63,299 nucleotides of DNA, from positions 1-63,299 of the forward strand of contig CAJLFQ010000004.1 of the NCBI GenBank assembly GCA_905205975.1, written 5' to 3'. Made by a program: the position numbers and the translations under genes. Positions 36,708-46,735 of the stretch are shown here, in pieces. The DNA comes from an uncultured Eubacteriales bacterium (GTDB lineage: Bacteria > Bacillota > Clostridia > Oscillospirales > QAMX01). The notes beneath the pieces were generated by a model. The model was not told where the DNA came from. It saw only the letters and a list, made by a program, of their open reading frames with translations, and did no database searches. How positions within the stretch are numbered: position 1 is the stretch's first letter; every line of letters begins with the position of its first letter.

Positions 36708-37577
36708 ATGGCGCAGCAAACGCATACACCTATGGAAAACCCAACGGAAAACACAATGGAAAACATCGGCCATACCCCGAGCATCATCGACTTTCACGTT
36801 CATATCTTTCCTGAAAAAGTAGCGGCGCGCGCCGTGGCGGCGACCGGCGGCTACTACGGCATTCAGATGCAGCGCGCCGGAACCGTTTCTGACGTGCTGG
36901 CGGACGGCGCCGCGATTCATTGCAGCCGTTATCTGGTGCATTCCACGGCGACCCGCCCGGATCAGGTACACTCCGTCAACGATTTCCTCTGCGCCTCTGC
37001 GGCGGCGCATCCGGAATTTATCCCGTTCGGCACGCTGCATCCGCACATGGAGGGGCTTGCCGCAGAAGTAGACCGGATGATCGCCAACGGTCTCTGCGGC
37101 GTCAAGCTCCATGCGGATTTCCAGGGCTTCCGCCTCGACGACGAAGATGTTTTGTATATGTATGAGATTCTGGAAGGGCGTCTGCCGGTGCTGCTCCACA
37201 TGGGCGATCTGAACACCGACAACACGACGCCGGAGCGTCTGCTGAACGTCATCCGCCGCTTCCCGAAGCTGGAAGTCATCGGCGCGCACTTCGGCGGCTT
37301 CTCCGTCTGGGACCGGGCGGAACGCGTCCTTGCGGGAACCGGCGTCTACGTTGATACGTCGTCTTCGCTGCCGTTCCTGACGCCGGAGCGGGCGACGGAG
37401 CTCGTCCATGCCTTCGGCGCAGACCGCTGCCTGTTCGGGACGGATTACCCCATGTGGGATCACAAGGGCGAATACGAACGCTTCAACCGCCTCAATCTGA
37501 CCGACGCGGAACGGGAAAAAATTCTCCATCAGAACGCAGAAACGCTTCTGCATCTTGACAAATCGGCTGAAAACTGA
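36708..37577 (+). CDS. amidohydrolase-family metal-dependent hydrolase (TIM barrel)
   Basis: IIDFHVHIFPEK is the HxH metal motif. There are later HMGD and GTDYPMWDH motifs. The exact start among three in-frame ATGs is uncertain. Confidence 0.8.
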   Translation: MAQQTHTPMENPTENTMENIGHTPSIIDFHVHIFPEKVAARAVAATGGYYGIQMQRAGTVSDVLADGAAIHCSRYLVHSTATRPDQVHSVNDFLCASAAAHPEFIPFGTLHPHMEGLAAEVDRMIANGLCGVKLHADFQGFRLDDEDVLYMYEILEGRLPVLLHMGDLNTDNTTPERLLNVIRRFPKLEVIGAHFGGFSVWDRAERVLAGTGVYVDTSSSLPFLTPERATELVHAFGADRCLFGTDYPMWDHKGEYERFNRLNLTDAEREKILHQNAETLLHLDKSAEN

Positions 37578-37663
37578 TATCATAGATGAGGCATCATTCC
37601 GGCATCAAATTGCCATCATAATTCATTTCGAACCATCTAATTGTGGTTCAGGAGGTCGTTCAA

Positions 37664-38671
37664 ATGTTCTGTAAAAACTGCGGCACCCAAATGGCAGACG
37701 ACGCTGCATTCTGTCCCAACTGCGGCGCCAGAAACGGCGCGCAGCCCGTTGTTCCTCAGCAGCAGATGCAGCCTGTCGCTGCGAAGCGCCCCAACGGCAA
37801 GCTGATTGGCATCATCGCAGGCGGCGTTGCAGCGCTGGCCGTCATCATCGTCGCATGCGTCCTGATTTTCGGCGGCAGCGGCGCATCCTCCAAACCGTTC
37901 GACGCACTGACTGACGGTCTGGTCAAAACGCTTAAGTCCGATGGCTTTGATATCTCCGTACGCGCCAACACCGGCGAAAAGATCAAGCTCAACGGCTCCA
38001 TCGCCCTCAACCACAAGAAGAAAACCGCCAGCTTCGAAGTGACTTACAGCGAAGACGGCGACAAAGAAACGATCCGCTGCTATGAAAACAACATCAACGA
38101 AGACGAAGACTACGGCTGGTTTGACGGCAGCGAGGAAATCGAAAACTACTTTGACCAGATCGACAAAATCGTCGACAACAGCGGAGACACGGAGGATCTG
38201 TTTGACGCGGTCGATGACGCAGCCGACGGCAACCTGTCCGATGAATTCGGCGGCAAAAAAGCGGCCAAACTGGTTTCCGAGCTGTATGACCGCATCAACG
38301 ACAGCAAATGGCTGAAAGACAACCTCGACAACTACGAAACGAAGTCCGTCAGCGGCGGCACCCAGTATACGCTGACCATCCAGTCCTTCGACTTCATGAT
38401 GGATCTGGCTGATATCATCTGCGAACCGCTCGATATCGAAGAAGACGATATCCAGGATATGATCGACGACCTCAACGACTATGACTTTTCGTTCACCGTT
38501 TCCTTCACCATCCAGAAGGGCAAGCTGACCGGCATGACGCTGGATGCAGACATCCCCTACCGCGGCAACATGACGATTGAAGTCGAACTGACCAACGTCG
38601 GCAATCCGTCGGTCGACGTGAAGACGCTGAAAAAAGACTACGAAAAGGCGGAAGTCTCCAGAGCAGACTGA
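37664..38671 (+). CDS. zinc-ribbon / single-TM protein with acidic extracellular domain
   Basis: MFCKNCGTQMADDAAFCPNCG is a zinc ribbon, followed by a TM helix and a D/E-rich domain. AGGAGG SD 8 nt upstream of the ATG at 37664. Confidence 0.75.
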   Translation: MFCKNCGTQMADDAAFCPNCGARNGAQPVVPQQQMQPVAAKRPNGKLIGIIAGGVAALAVIIVACVLIFGGSGASSKPFDALTDGLVKTLKSDGFDISVRANTGEKIKLNGSIALNHKKKTASFEVTYSEDGDKETIRCYENNINEDEDYGWFDGSEEIENYFDQIDKIVDNSGDTEDLFDAVDDAADGNLSDEFGGKKAAKLVSELYDRINDSKWLKDNLDNYETKSVSGGTQYTLTIQSFDFMMDLADIICEPLDIEEDDIQDMIDDLNDYDFSFTVSFTIQKGKLTGMTLDADIPYRGNMTIEVELTNVGNPSVDVKTLKKDYEKAEVSRAD

Positions 38672-38696
38672 TTTCGGCGCCAAAACAAACCCACAC

Positions 38697-38730
38697 AAAA
38701 GCGGCTTGCCCTTTGGGCAGGCCGCTTTTT
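38697..38730 (+). terminator. rho-independent terminator
   Basis: AAAAGCGGCTTGCCC tttg GGCAGGCCGCTTTTT. Confidence 0.8.
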
Positions 38731-38744
38731 AACGACTGCGAATC

Positions 38745-38781
38745 AAAAAAAGAACACCGCACAGCGTGCGGTGTTCTTTTT
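38745..38781. terminator. second, bidirectional terminator (serves the convergent minus-strand operon)
   Basis: AAAAAAAGAACACCGCAC agc GTGCGGTGTTCTTTTT. Confidence 0.8.
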
Positions 38782-38789
38782 GCAAGCCG

Positions 38790-39299
38790 TCAAAGCGGCG
38801 GCAAAGCAGTCAGTTTGGCCGATGCGCCCGAAGCGTCGAGCGTCAAAACGGCATAGGTGGCAGAACGCGAATCCGCCGCCAGACGGCGTTTCGCGCTGCC
38901 CGGGTTGACAATCAGCCGACCGTCGAGCGATTCGATCCGCGGGACGTGCGTATGCCCGTAGAGGACGATGCCGGCGTTCTGCCGGGCTGCTTCCGCCCGC
39001 ATGGCGGCATCCGTGAACTTAACGCCGCGCGTGTGCCCGTGCAGCATGAAAATCGTCTGCCCGCCGAGTGAAACGGTCAGTTCCTGCGGCGCGGCGCCGG
39101 GCGGATCGCAGTTGCCGCAGACGGCGCGGAACGGAAAATCCGGCCGGTCATGCAGCACATCGCGGATGACGTAGAAGAGATCGCCCGCACAATCGCCCAA
39201 ATGCAGCACGGCATCCGGCTGAACGGCGGCGAAAGCCATGCGCAGCGCCTGCAAATCCCCGTGCGTGTCGGAGATGACCAGAATGCGCATCGGACTCAT
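38790..39299 (-). CDS. YfcE/MJ0936-family metallophosphoesterase
   Basis: MRILVISDTHGD, LHLGD and GHTH motifs. ATGA overlap with the degV-like stop. Confidence 0.85.
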   Translation of the reverse strand: MSPMRILVISDTHGDLQALRMAFAAVQPDAVLHLGDCAGDLFYVIRDVLHDRPDFPFRAVCGNCDPPGAAPQELTVSLGGQTIFMLHGHTRGVKFTDAAMRAEAARQNAGIVLYGHTHVPRIESLDGRLIVNPGSAKRRLAADSRSATYAVLTLDASGASAKLTALPPL

Positions 39300-40162
39300 T
39301 CACCCGGCAGTTTGTCGATGAAGAGCAGACCGATGGTGTTCCGGCCGCAGTGGCTGGTGACGACGCAGCCCGCGTGGGACTGGACGACTTCGTCAAAGTA
39401 GTTGGCCGCCAGCGCGGTCTGATAGACCGAGTCGACAATTTCCGGATCGGTATCTTCCGTATAGGTGACGAACGCACGGCGCTTGTCAATCTGGTTGATG
39501 TTTTCCAGCAGACCGGAGGCATACTTGACGCCGCAGGCCGTCATGGAACCACGGAATTTGGAGCGGTTCGACATCAAACCGCCGCGAACGGCGATTTCCG
39601 GCTTGATGCTGAGCATCTGTGCACCGACTGCCGCCAGCAGCGAGCAGCGTCCGCCCGCCCGCAGATAGTCGAGCTTTTCCAGAATGAAGCTCGCGCGGGT
39701 GTAATCCGTCAGCGTTTCCGTCTTGGAAACGACTTCTTCAAAGGGAAGTCCGGCTTCCGCCATTTCAGCGGCGCGCAGCACGAGCAGGCCGATGCCTGTG
39801 GAGAGGTTTTTGGAGTCGATGCAGGCGATTTTCGCATCCGGAAATTCTGCTGCGGCCAGCCGGGCGTTGGTCACGGTGCAGGAGAAGCCGAGCGAAATGC
39901 CGATGTAGATGAGTTCATCTCCGGCTTCGACAAACGGGCGGAAGACATCCAGATAATCCTGGACGTTTGCCGCCGACGTTTTCGGCGTGGCGCCTGTCTT
40001 GCGGAAGTGTTCGTAGATCATCTGCGGCTGGATGTCAACGCGGTCACGGTAGACCTTGTCGCCGAGCATGACATACAGCGGCATGATGGTAATATCATGC
40101 TGACGAACCTGTTCAGGGGTCAGGTCGCAGCAGGAGTCGGCGAGAATTTTGATCTTGCCCAT
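39296..40162 (-). CDS. DegV family fatty-acid-binding protein
   Basis: MGKIKILADSCCDLTPE...typical DegV N-terminus and length. Confidence 0.88.
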   Translation of the reverse strand: MGKIKILADSCCDLTPEQVRQHDITIMPLYVMLGDKVYRDRVDIQPQMIYEHFRKTGATPKTSAANVQDYLDVFRPFVEAGDELIYIGISLGFSCTVTNARLAAAEFPDAKIACIDSKNLSTGIGLLVLRAAEMAEAGLPFEEVVSKTETLTDYTRASFILEKLDYLRAGGRCSLLAAVGAQMLSIKPEIAVRGGLMSNRSKFRGSMTACGVKYASGLLENINQIDKRRAFVTYTEDTDPEIVDSVYQTALAANYFDEVVQSHAGCVVTSHCGRNTIGLLFIDKLPGE

Positions 40163-40197
40163 GTGTTTCCTCCGATATCAGTTTCAGTGGCAGCAGA

Positions 40198-40842
40198 TTA
40201 CTTGGTGCCGAAGATACGGTCGCCGGCGTCGCCCAAACCCGGAACGATGTAACCGTGATCGTTCAGACCTTCATCCTGCGCGGCGCAGTAGATGTCCACA
40301 TCGGGGTGCGCGGCGTGAACGGCGGCGATGCCTTCCGGCGCGGCGATGATGTTCATCAGCGTGATGCTGCGGGCGCCTTCGGCCTTGATGAAGGAGATGG
40401 CTGCACTGGCGGAACCGCCGGTGGCGAGCATCGGGTCGAGCACGAAGACTTCGCGTTCACCGATGTCGCTGGGGAGCTTGCAGTAATATTTGACCGGCTG
40501 AAGCGTTTCCGGATCGCGGTAGAGGCCGATATGACCGACTTTTGCCGCCGGGATCAGCGTCAGAACGCCGTCAACCATGCCGAGACCGGCGCGGAGGATC
40601 GGGACAAGCGCCAGCTTCTTGCCGGCCAGAACCTTGACCGTCGCCGGGGCAACCGGGGTTTCAATGACACGCTCTTCCAGGGGAAGGTTTCTCGTGGCTT
40701 CATAAGCCATCAGCGTGGCGATTTCGCTGGCCAGCTCTCTGAATTCTTTGACGCCCGTGTGCTTGTTGCGGATCTTGGAAATTTTGTGCTGAATCAGCGG
40801 GTGATCCAGAATCATGACTTTGCCTGTTTTTTGCTCCGACAT
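40198..40842 (-). CDS. upp: uracil phosphoribosyltransferase
   Basis: [10 protein letters not shown] plus the PRPP-binding loop [14 protein letters not shown]. Confidence 0.93.
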   Translation of the reverse strand: MSEQKTGKVMILDHPLIQHKISKIRNKHTGVKEFRELASEIATLMAYEATRNLPLEERVIETPVAPATVKVLAGKKLALVPILRAGLGMVDGVLTLIPAAKVGHIGLYRDPETLQPVKYYCKLPSDIGEREVFVLDPMLATGGSASAAISFIKAEGARSITLMNIIAAPEGIAAVHAAHPDVDIYCAAQDEGLNDHGYIVPGLGDAGDRIFGTK

Positions 40843-40916
40843 GGTTTTGCTCCCTTTCTGTTTGCGGCGCAGTGCGCCGGTATTTCATTCGGATATGCGC
40901 TGGAAGAGGTATCGCA

Positions 40917-41549
40917 TCAGACGCGCAGCCCGTTGAAATGGGCTGCGGCCTGCTCGGGGGACGAAGCGGTGATCTCTAAGGCGGCTTCTGCCGCATGACG
41001 GACGGCAGCGTCAATCAGCGGCCGCTCCTCGGCGGTAAAACGCCCGAGAACGTAATCGACGACGGGGTACTCCGGCGTCTGCGGCCGGCCGATGCCGATC
41101 TTGACGCGTGGAAACGCGTCGGTTCCCAGCTGGTAGATGATGCTTTTCAGACCGTTGTGTCCGCCTGCGCTGCCTTTTGCGCGCACACGGATTTTGCCGC
41201 AGGGAAGCTCCAAATCGTCGCAGACAACGATCAGCCGCTCCGGCGGCAGCTTGAACCACGCCAGCGCTTCGCGCGCGCTTTCACCGCTGGCGTTCATAAA
41301 GGTCTGCGGCTTGAGCAGGATGATTTTCTGCCCGGCGTGTTCCAGTTCGCCGTAGATGCCTTTGAATTTCAGGCGTGTGACAGAGATGTGCTGATCGGCG
41401 GCAATCCGGTCGGCTGTCATGAATCCGGCGTTGTGGCGCGTGCCGTCATATTCACGGCCGGGGTTGCCAAGGCAGCAGATGCAGAAGGCCGCGGGACCGC
41501 TTGGCGCAGCTCCGGTGCGGCGGGAAAGGATACCGTCAAAAATCGACAT
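40917..41549 (-). CDS. pth: peptidyl-tRNA hydrolase
   Basis: CLGNPGREYDGTRHNAGF signature, with an N-terminal extension of about 20 aa. Confidence 0.9.
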   Translation of the reverse strand: MSIFDGILSRRTGAAPSGPAAFCICCLGNPGREYDGTRHNAGFMTADRIAADQHISVTRLKFKGIYGELEHAGQKIILLKPQTFMNASGESAREALAWFKLPPERLIVVCDDLELPCGKIRVRAKGSAGGHNGLKSIIYQLGTDAFPRVKIGIGRPQTPEYPVVDYVLGRFTAEERPLIDAAVRHAAEAALEITASSPEQAAAHFNGLRV

Positions 41550-41604
41550 GTGTCAGTACGCTCCGTCAGCTTGTCTGAATGGGGGTGATTTCTTCTAACT
41601 AAAT

Positions 41605-41633
41605 AATATACCATAAAAACAGGAGCATGTCAA
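41605..41633 (-). promoter_or_regulatory. sigma-A promoter for pth-upp
   Basis: Minus strand TTGACA-17 nt-TATATT with TATGg extended -10. Confidence 0.55.
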
Positions 41634-41677
41634 GGAAAATCGTCGGAAACCATCGAATTTTGTCGGAGCAGACGCAT

Positions 41678-41716
41678 ACAAAACGGTCCGGCGCCAATTT
41701 TTGCAGCGCCGGACCG
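41678..41716 (-). terminator. rho-independent terminator after the YtxH-like gene
   Basis: CGGTCCGGCGC...GCGCCGGACCG 11-bp stem. The minus-strand tail is TTTTGT. Confidence 0.7.
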
Positions 41717-41726
41717 CTTTGAATGC

Positions 41727-41894
41727 CTAAACGATGACCGAGATGATGCTGTCCACCAGCTCGCCGATGCTGCGGGCTGCCTTGTCGGCGCTTTTGCGCA
41801 TATGCATGCAGCGCCGCTTCGGCTTCGGCATCAGAACGATCCCGGTGACGGCGCCGGTTACAAGACCGACGGCCATTCCCTTGATAAACGACAT
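41727..41894 (-). CDS. small YtxH-like membrane-associated protein (55 aa)
   Basis: MSFIKGMAVGLVTGAVTGIVLMP... is a Gly-zipper helix followed by a basic helical tail. The internal ATG at 41894 is preferred over the ORF-track start. Confidence 0.55.
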   Translation of the reverse strand: MSFIKGMAVGLVTGAVTGIVLMPKPKRRCMHMRKSADKAARSIGELVDSIISVIV

Positions 41895-41991
41895 AGTCTC
41901 ATTCCGTCTCTCTTCGTTTTTTTCAAAGCCTGACGGCTTCAAAAAGTAGTATGATCCAAAGCGACTTTCTTCAAACAGGTATTTTTTGCCG

Positions 41992-44112
41992 TCAAATCAG
42001 CTGAAAAAGGCGGCAGACCGCGTTGACTGCGGCGCAGAGCAGCAGTCCGAAAACGGTCGGCAGCAGGGCGGAAAGCGCCGTCCATTTGGCGCGTCCGGTT
42101 TCATGGGCAATGGTCAAGAGCGTGGTGCCGCACGGAAAATGAAACAGCGTAAACAGCAGCACGCAGATCAGCGTGACGGCGTTCCATCCGTTTGCCGTCA
42201 GAATGCCGTGCAGCTCTGCCAGCGAGCCATATGCCGTCATGCTGGTTCCGGCCTGGTAGATCATCAGGAGAATGGGCAGAAAAATCTCGTTGGCCGGGAG
42301 CGCCAGCAGAAAGGCGAGCAGAATCGCGCCGTCAAACCCGAACCATGCGGCAAACGGCGTGAGTGCATCCGCCAGCCGGGTGACCAGGCTGACGCCGCCG
42401 GATGTGCAGTTGGCGAGCAGCCAGAGCAGGAGTCCGGCTGGTGCTGCGACGGAAACCGCACGCCCAAGGACGAAAAGCGTCCGGGAACAGACGGAACGGA
42501 CGATGACGCGGCCGATCTGCGGGCGGCGGTAAGGCGGCAGCTCCAGGACGAACCGCGAGGGTTCTCCGCGCAGAAGCGTCTGGGCGAGCAGTTTTGAGGT
42601 GGCCAGCGTCGCCAAAACGGCCAGCGCAAACATACCGGTGAGCAGCACCGCGGCGCCTGCGGATTGTCCGCAGGCGGCACCGGCGGTCAGCAGCGAACCC
42701 AGCGCAATCAGCGTCGGAAAACGGCCGTTGCAGGGCATGAAGGCATTCGTCAGCACGGCGATCAGCCGTTCCCGCGGGGAGTCGATGATCCGGCAGCCGA
42801 CAACGCCACAGGCGTTGCAGCCAAGCCCCATGCACATGGTGAGTGCCTGTTTGCCGTGGGCGCCGGCTTTGCAGAATCCGTGATCCAGATTAAACGCAAT
42901 GCGCGGCAGCAGCCCAGCATCCTCCAGCAGCGTAAACAGCGGGAAAAAGATGGCCATCGGCGGCAGCATCACGGAGACAACCCAGGCGACGGTGCGGTAC
43001 ATCCCGGCGATCAGCAGACCGGATAAAAAGGGTGAAACGCCCGCTTGTGCTGCCCACGCCGTCAGGCGGTCTTCCAGCGAAAACAGCGCCTCTGAGAGCA
43101 GCGCCGACGGAAGATTGGCTCCGGCGACGGTCAGCCACAAAACGGCGCTCAGCATCAGCAGCATGAACGGAATGCCGAACGCCCGGGACGTCAGCAGACG
43201 GTCAAACCGTTCACCGGTTCGGCGGTCTCGCGCCTGCTTGCGCGAAACCGCGAGACGACAGAGTCGGGCCGCTTCCGTCACTGCGGCACGGGTTGTATGG
43301 GCGATGACGTCCGCACCGGTCGAAATGCCTGCGGCAGACAGGTCCCGGCGGGCCTCCGTCAGCGCCGCGGCAAGCGCAGGTGTCGTTTCCGGATCGACTC
43401 CGCAGCGTTCCCGGAACGCTTCCTTCAGAACGGCGTCATCCTCCAGCAGCTTGAGCGCAATCCAGCGCGGCGACGGCCCCGAACCGGTCATGACAGCTTC
43501 GATCACCGGCGTCAGACAAGCCAGCGCATGCTCTACTGCGGGTTCATAAGCAATCTGCATCGGTGCTGCGGCTGCTTCACCGGAGCAGACCGCGTCGATG
43601 GCAGACGTCAGCGCCCGCAGCCCTTTGCCGCTCCGCGCCGCGGCGGCGGCGACGGGGATTCCCAGTGCGCTGCTCAGCGCATGACAATCGACAGCAAGCC
43701 CCTTCTTTTCGGCTTCATCAATCAGATTGACGCAGAGCACAGCCCGGCAGCCCGTTTCCAGCGTTTGCAGACAGAGAATCAGGCTGCGCTCCAGACAGGT
43801 CGCATCTGCGACGATGACGGCGGCATCCGAGCCGCCGAAGCAGATGGCGTCCCGTGCGATTTCCTCTTCGGCGGAAGCCGGCAGCAGCGAATAAGTGCCG
43901 GGCAGATCGGTCATCCGGACGGTATGACCGGTTTCCCGGCAGACAAACCGTCCGCAGGCATTTTCAACGGTTTTCCCCGGCCAGTTGCCGGTGTGCTGGT
44001 GCATCCCGGTCAGCGCGTTGAAGACCGTGCTTTTGCCGACGTTCGGGTTTCCGGCAAGGCAGACCGTAAAAGCGCCGGACGCAGACGCCGGCGGTTGTGT
44101 ATTTCGTTTCAT
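41992..44112 (-). CDS. feoB: ferrous iron transport protein B
   Basis: G-domain CLAGNPNVGKSTVFNALTG plus a polytopic C-terminal permease. The start at 44112 lies 13 nt after the feoA stop (start choice uncertain). Confidence 0.9.
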   Translation of the reverse strand: MKRNTQPPASASGAFTVCLAGNPNVGKSTVFNALTGMHQHTGNWPGKTVENACGRFVCRETGHTVRMTDLPGTYSLLPASAEEEIARDAICFGGSDAAVIVADATCLERSLILCLQTLETGCRAVLCVNLIDEAEKKGLAVDCHALSSALGIPVAAAAARSGKGLRALTSAIDAVCSGEAAAAPMQIAYEPAVEHALACLTPVIEAVMTGSGPSPRWIALKLLEDDAVLKEAFRERCGVDPETTPALAAALTEARRDLSAAGISTGADVIAHTTRAAVTEAARLCRLAVSRKQARDRRTGERFDRLLTSRAFGIPFMLLMLSAVLWLTVAGANLPSALLSEALFSLEDRLTAWAAQAGVSPFLSGLLIAGMYRTVAWVVSVMLPPMAIFFPLFTLLEDAGLLPRIAFNLDHGFCKAGAHGKQALTMCMGLGCNACGVVGCRIIDSPRERLIAVLTNAFMPCNGRFPTLIALGSLLTAGAACGQSAGAAVLLTGMFALAVLATLATSKLLAQTLLRGEPSRFVLELPPYRRPQIGRVIVRSVCSRTLFVLGRAVSVAAPAGLLLWLLANCTSGGVSLVTRLADALTPFAAWFGFDGAILLAFLLALPANEIFLPILLMIYQAGTSMTAYGSLAELHGILTANGWNAVTLICVLLFTLFHFPCGTTLLTIAHETGRAKWTALSALLPTVFGLLLCAAVNAVCRLFQLI

Positions 44113-44125
44113 GTCTTTGAAACGG

Positions 44126-44362
44126 CTACCCGGCCGGGCAGACGCGAATGGCGTGTGCATCCGCGTTCCGCAGCGCAATGACCGCGCCGCGAAAGCGGTA
44201 AGCCCGCGGGTCGCCGGATGGGCTCAGCAGCACCGGCTCGATTTCCGTCCCGTCGATCAGGCCGAGATCCAGAAGCCGGCGCAGATCCGCTCCGGGCGCA
44301 CAGACCGCGCAAACGATGGCGCGGCAGCCAAGCGGAAGCCGGTCCAATGTCGTTTCACCCAT
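44126..44362 (-). CDS. feoA: FeoA family protein
   Basis: LPLGCRAIVCAV...LLDLGLIDGTEIEPV is an SH3-like FeoA. GGAGGG SD before the ATG at 44362. Confidence 0.85.
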   Translation of the reverse strand: MGETTLDRLPLGCRAIVCAVCAPGADLRRLLDLGLIDGTEIEPVLLSPSGDPRAYRFRGAVIALRNADAHAIRVCPAG

Positions 44363-44433
44363 TTGTTTTCCCTCCATCCATCGATTCGGGAGGCGCAGAG
44401 CCCCCTGTTTCAGTATATGGTTCGCCGCACCAT

Positions 44434-44462
44434 TTGACATTGCGCTGCTTTTTCGGTATACT
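44434..44462 (+). promoter_or_regulatory. sigma-A promoter for rbsK
   Basis: TTGACA-17 nt-TATACT. Confidence 0.55.
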
Positions 44463-44528
44463 ATTGCTGAAGATCCGCATCTCAGACAGGCGGGATCCAA
44501 ATGCAATCGGAAAGGCGGAAGAGGGCGA

Positions 44529-45476
44529 ATGAGCCAACAGATCAAACAGGCTAAAATTGCTGTGCCCGGCAGCTGCAACGTCGATTTGACGGTGTTTACG
44601 AAGGTCGTGCCCCGCGGCGGCGAAACGGTGCTCGGCAGCGAATTTCAGATGAATATCGGCGGCAAAGGGACGAATCAGGCGACGGCGGCACGCCGCGCCG
44701 GGGCGGCTGTCGCCATGATCACGCGCATCGGCGGCGATTCGCTCGGCGAATTTGCGCAGGCGCATTTCCGCCGGGAAGGGATCGACACCGCCTATGTGAC
44801 CGTCACGCCGGACACATCCACCGGTACGGCGACGATCATCGTCGATGAAACCACCGCGCAGAACCGGATCATCGTCGCATCCGGCGCCAACGCAGACATC
44901 ACACCGGCGGATATGCAGGCGGCGAAAACGGTGATCGAACAGGCCGACGCCGTCCTGCTGCAATCGGAAATCGATCCGGCAGCCGCTCTGGCGGCGGCGA
45001 AGCTGGCCAGACAGGCCGGAAAGCGCTGCATTTTGAACCCGGCGCCCGCCAGAGAACTGCCGGCGGAGCTGATCGCCTGCGCCGACTGCTTCACGCCGAA
45101 TGAAACGGAAGCCGAGTTTTATACGGGGATCGCCATCCGGACGGAATCGGACGCATTTGCAGCCGGAAAACGGCTGCTGGCGCTCGACGCGGACTGCGCC
45201 GTTATCACGCTCGGCGAAAACGGCGCGGCCATCATCACCAACGCGCTGCAAATGCGCGTCCCGGCGCCAAAGGTCAAGCCGGTCGATACAACCGGCGCAG
45301 GAGACTGCTTCAACGGCGTGCTGGCCGTTGCGCTTGCCGAAGGGCTCGACATCGAAACGGCCGTGCGGCGTGCGTGTGCGGCGGCATCCTGCTCCGTTAT
45401 GCGGAAGGGCGCGGCTGTTTCCTCTCCGGAGCGGGCGGAAATCGACCGGATGTATGCCGCGGCTTACGGCGCTTGA
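44529..45476 (+). CDS. rbsK: ribokinase (PfkB family)
   Basis: VPGSCNVDLTV...GGKGTNQATAA...DTTGAGDCFNG is the PfkB signature. The real start is internal to ORF 44316..45476. Confidence 0.88.
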   Translation: MSQQIKQAKIAVPGSCNVDLTVFTKVVPRGGETVLGSEFQMNIGGKGTNQATAARRAGAAVAMITRIGGDSLGEFAQAHFRREGIDTAYVTVTPDTSTGTATIIVDETTAQNRIIVASGANADITPADMQAAKTVIEQADAVLLQSEIDPAAALAAAKLARQAGKRCILNPAPARELPAELIACADCFTPNETEAEFYTGIAIRTESDAFAAGKRLLALDADCAVITLGENGAAIITNALQMRVPAPKVKPVDTTGAGDCFNGVLAVALAEGLDIETAVRRACAAASCSVMRKGAAVSSPERAEIDRMYAAAYGA

Positions 45477-45488
45477 AAAAGAAATCCC

Positions 45489-45524
45489 AAAAACGGCGGA
45501 GGAATCAAATTCCTCCGCCGTTTT
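45489..45524. terminator. bidirectional terminator between rbsK and the BNR gene
   Basis: AAAAACGGCGGAGGAAT caa ATTCCTCCGCCGTTTT. Confidence 0.8.
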
Positions 45525-45542
45525 GACGTTTGGTGAACGCGG

Positions 45543-46628
45543 TTATGAAAGACGCCAGCGCGTCCAGAGAATCGACGGTTTTTCATCGGCTGCACACGCC
45601 TGATAATAGACCGTCAGCAGGTCGCCGCCCGGCAGCTCCACCGTCGCAGGATAGCCGAGATCCCCATAGGGCGCATCGTCGCGCAGGATGTATTCCGCCG
45701 CCCAAGTGCGCCCGCCGTCATAACTGACGGCCGCCCGTTCGCCAAAGGGTTCGGTGCGCCGGCCGAACGAGCAGATCAGCGCGCCTGAGGAATGCAGCAT
45801 TAGGTGCGGCGGAGAGCCGCAGAATCCGGTCTCTTCCAGCGGCGTCCAGGTGCGTCCGCCGTCTGTCGAGCGGGTTGTGCGGAAGGAGAACGGCTTTTCT
45901 GTCCGGATGGCGCAGAAAATCGAACCGTCCGGCAGCTCGATGGCATGCGGTTCGTGGAACAGGTCGTTCGGTTCGCCCTCCGGGAAGGCGATGCGGGCGA
46001 GGCGCTGCCAGGTCAGCCCTTCGTCGCGGCTTTCATAGGCGGCGACGATGCCGTCCGGTTCTTCGGCAGCATACATCTGCTTGCCGACGTAGAGCAGGCG
46101 GCCGTCCGACAGACGCGTCGGCCCGTGTGGGGAAGAGACAGGGATGCGGATCGTCTCACCCCATGTCATGCCGCCGTCATAGGAATGGCGGATGAAGGAT
46201 CCACCCAGTTCCGGCCGGTCACGGTAGGCCTCCCATGCGGCAAGCGCGCCGAGGACAACCGGCGCTTCCCGGACGGACGCATCGTTTTTGATCCCGGCGG
46301 CAAAGCGGTCGAGATAAACGTGCGCCGGGTGGACAAACCAGGTGACCATTAGGTGCTGACCGCCGAGTGACAGAATCCCGGCGTCACGGTCGTCGAGTGC
46401 CGTGTCGTTGACGACGATCGGCGCAGACCAGGTTTTGCCGTCGTCACGGCTCTGAAAGAGCAGCGTTTTGCCGAACGGACAGATATGAAGACAGCGATAG
46501 CCGGAACAGACGACGGAGAGCGTGCCGGTTTCATCCCGGCAAACGCTCGGCCAGCCGTGGCAGGTGAACATTCCGGCTTTCATCCGGCTGACGATGCCGG
46601 ACGTGCAGACAGGACGTTTTTCGGTCAT
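45543..46628 (-). CDS. BNR/Asp-box repeat protein, sialidase-like beta-propeller, no signal peptide
   Basis: Five SxDxGxTW boxes: SRDDGKTW, SYDGGMTW, SRDEGLTW, STDGGRTW and SYDGGRTW. GGAGG SD before the ATG at 46628. Confidence 0.8.
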   Translation of the reverse strand: MTEKRPVCTSGIVSRMKAGMFTCHGWPSVCRDETGTLSVVCSGYRCLHICPFGKTLLFQSRDDGKTWSAPIVVNDTALDDRDAGILSLGGQHLMVTWFVHPAHVYLDRFAAGIKNDASVREAPVVLGALAAWEAYRDRPELGGSFIRHSYDGGMTWGETIRIPVSSPHGPTRLSDGRLLYVGKQMYAAEEPDGIVAAYESRDEGLTWQRLARIAFPEGEPNDLFHEPHAIELPDGSIFCAIRTEKPFSFRTTRSTDGGRTWTPLEETGFCGSPPHLMLHSSGALICSFGRRTEPFGERAAVSYDGGRTWAAEYILRDDAPYGDLGYPATVELPGGDLLTVYYQACAADEKPSILWTRWRLS

Positions 46629-46735
46629 ATCAAATTCCTCCGATTTTGTAAGAAACTGTGCGCAAGCGGAACGGCGCAGCGAATGCGGTTGACAAAATAC
46701 GATGGTTTGCGGTACAATAATACGCAAAGAACCTG

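Noticed and set aside
35123-38698. Three consecutive full-length minus-strand ORFs (489, 309 and 353 aa) mirroring the GH-like, amidohydrolase and zinc-ribbon genes
   Set aside because: The plus-strand products have real motifs (DEP, HxH, CxxC...CxxC + TM), SDs, promoters and terminators in the right places. The mirror ORFs extend through those terminators and have antisense-type composition.
44363-44528. Fur/iron-box upstream of feoAB
   Set aside because: The divergent feoA/rbsK region shows a clean rbsK promoter but no recognisable GATAATGATAATCATTATC-like palindrome. Regulation cannot be inferred from the sequence.
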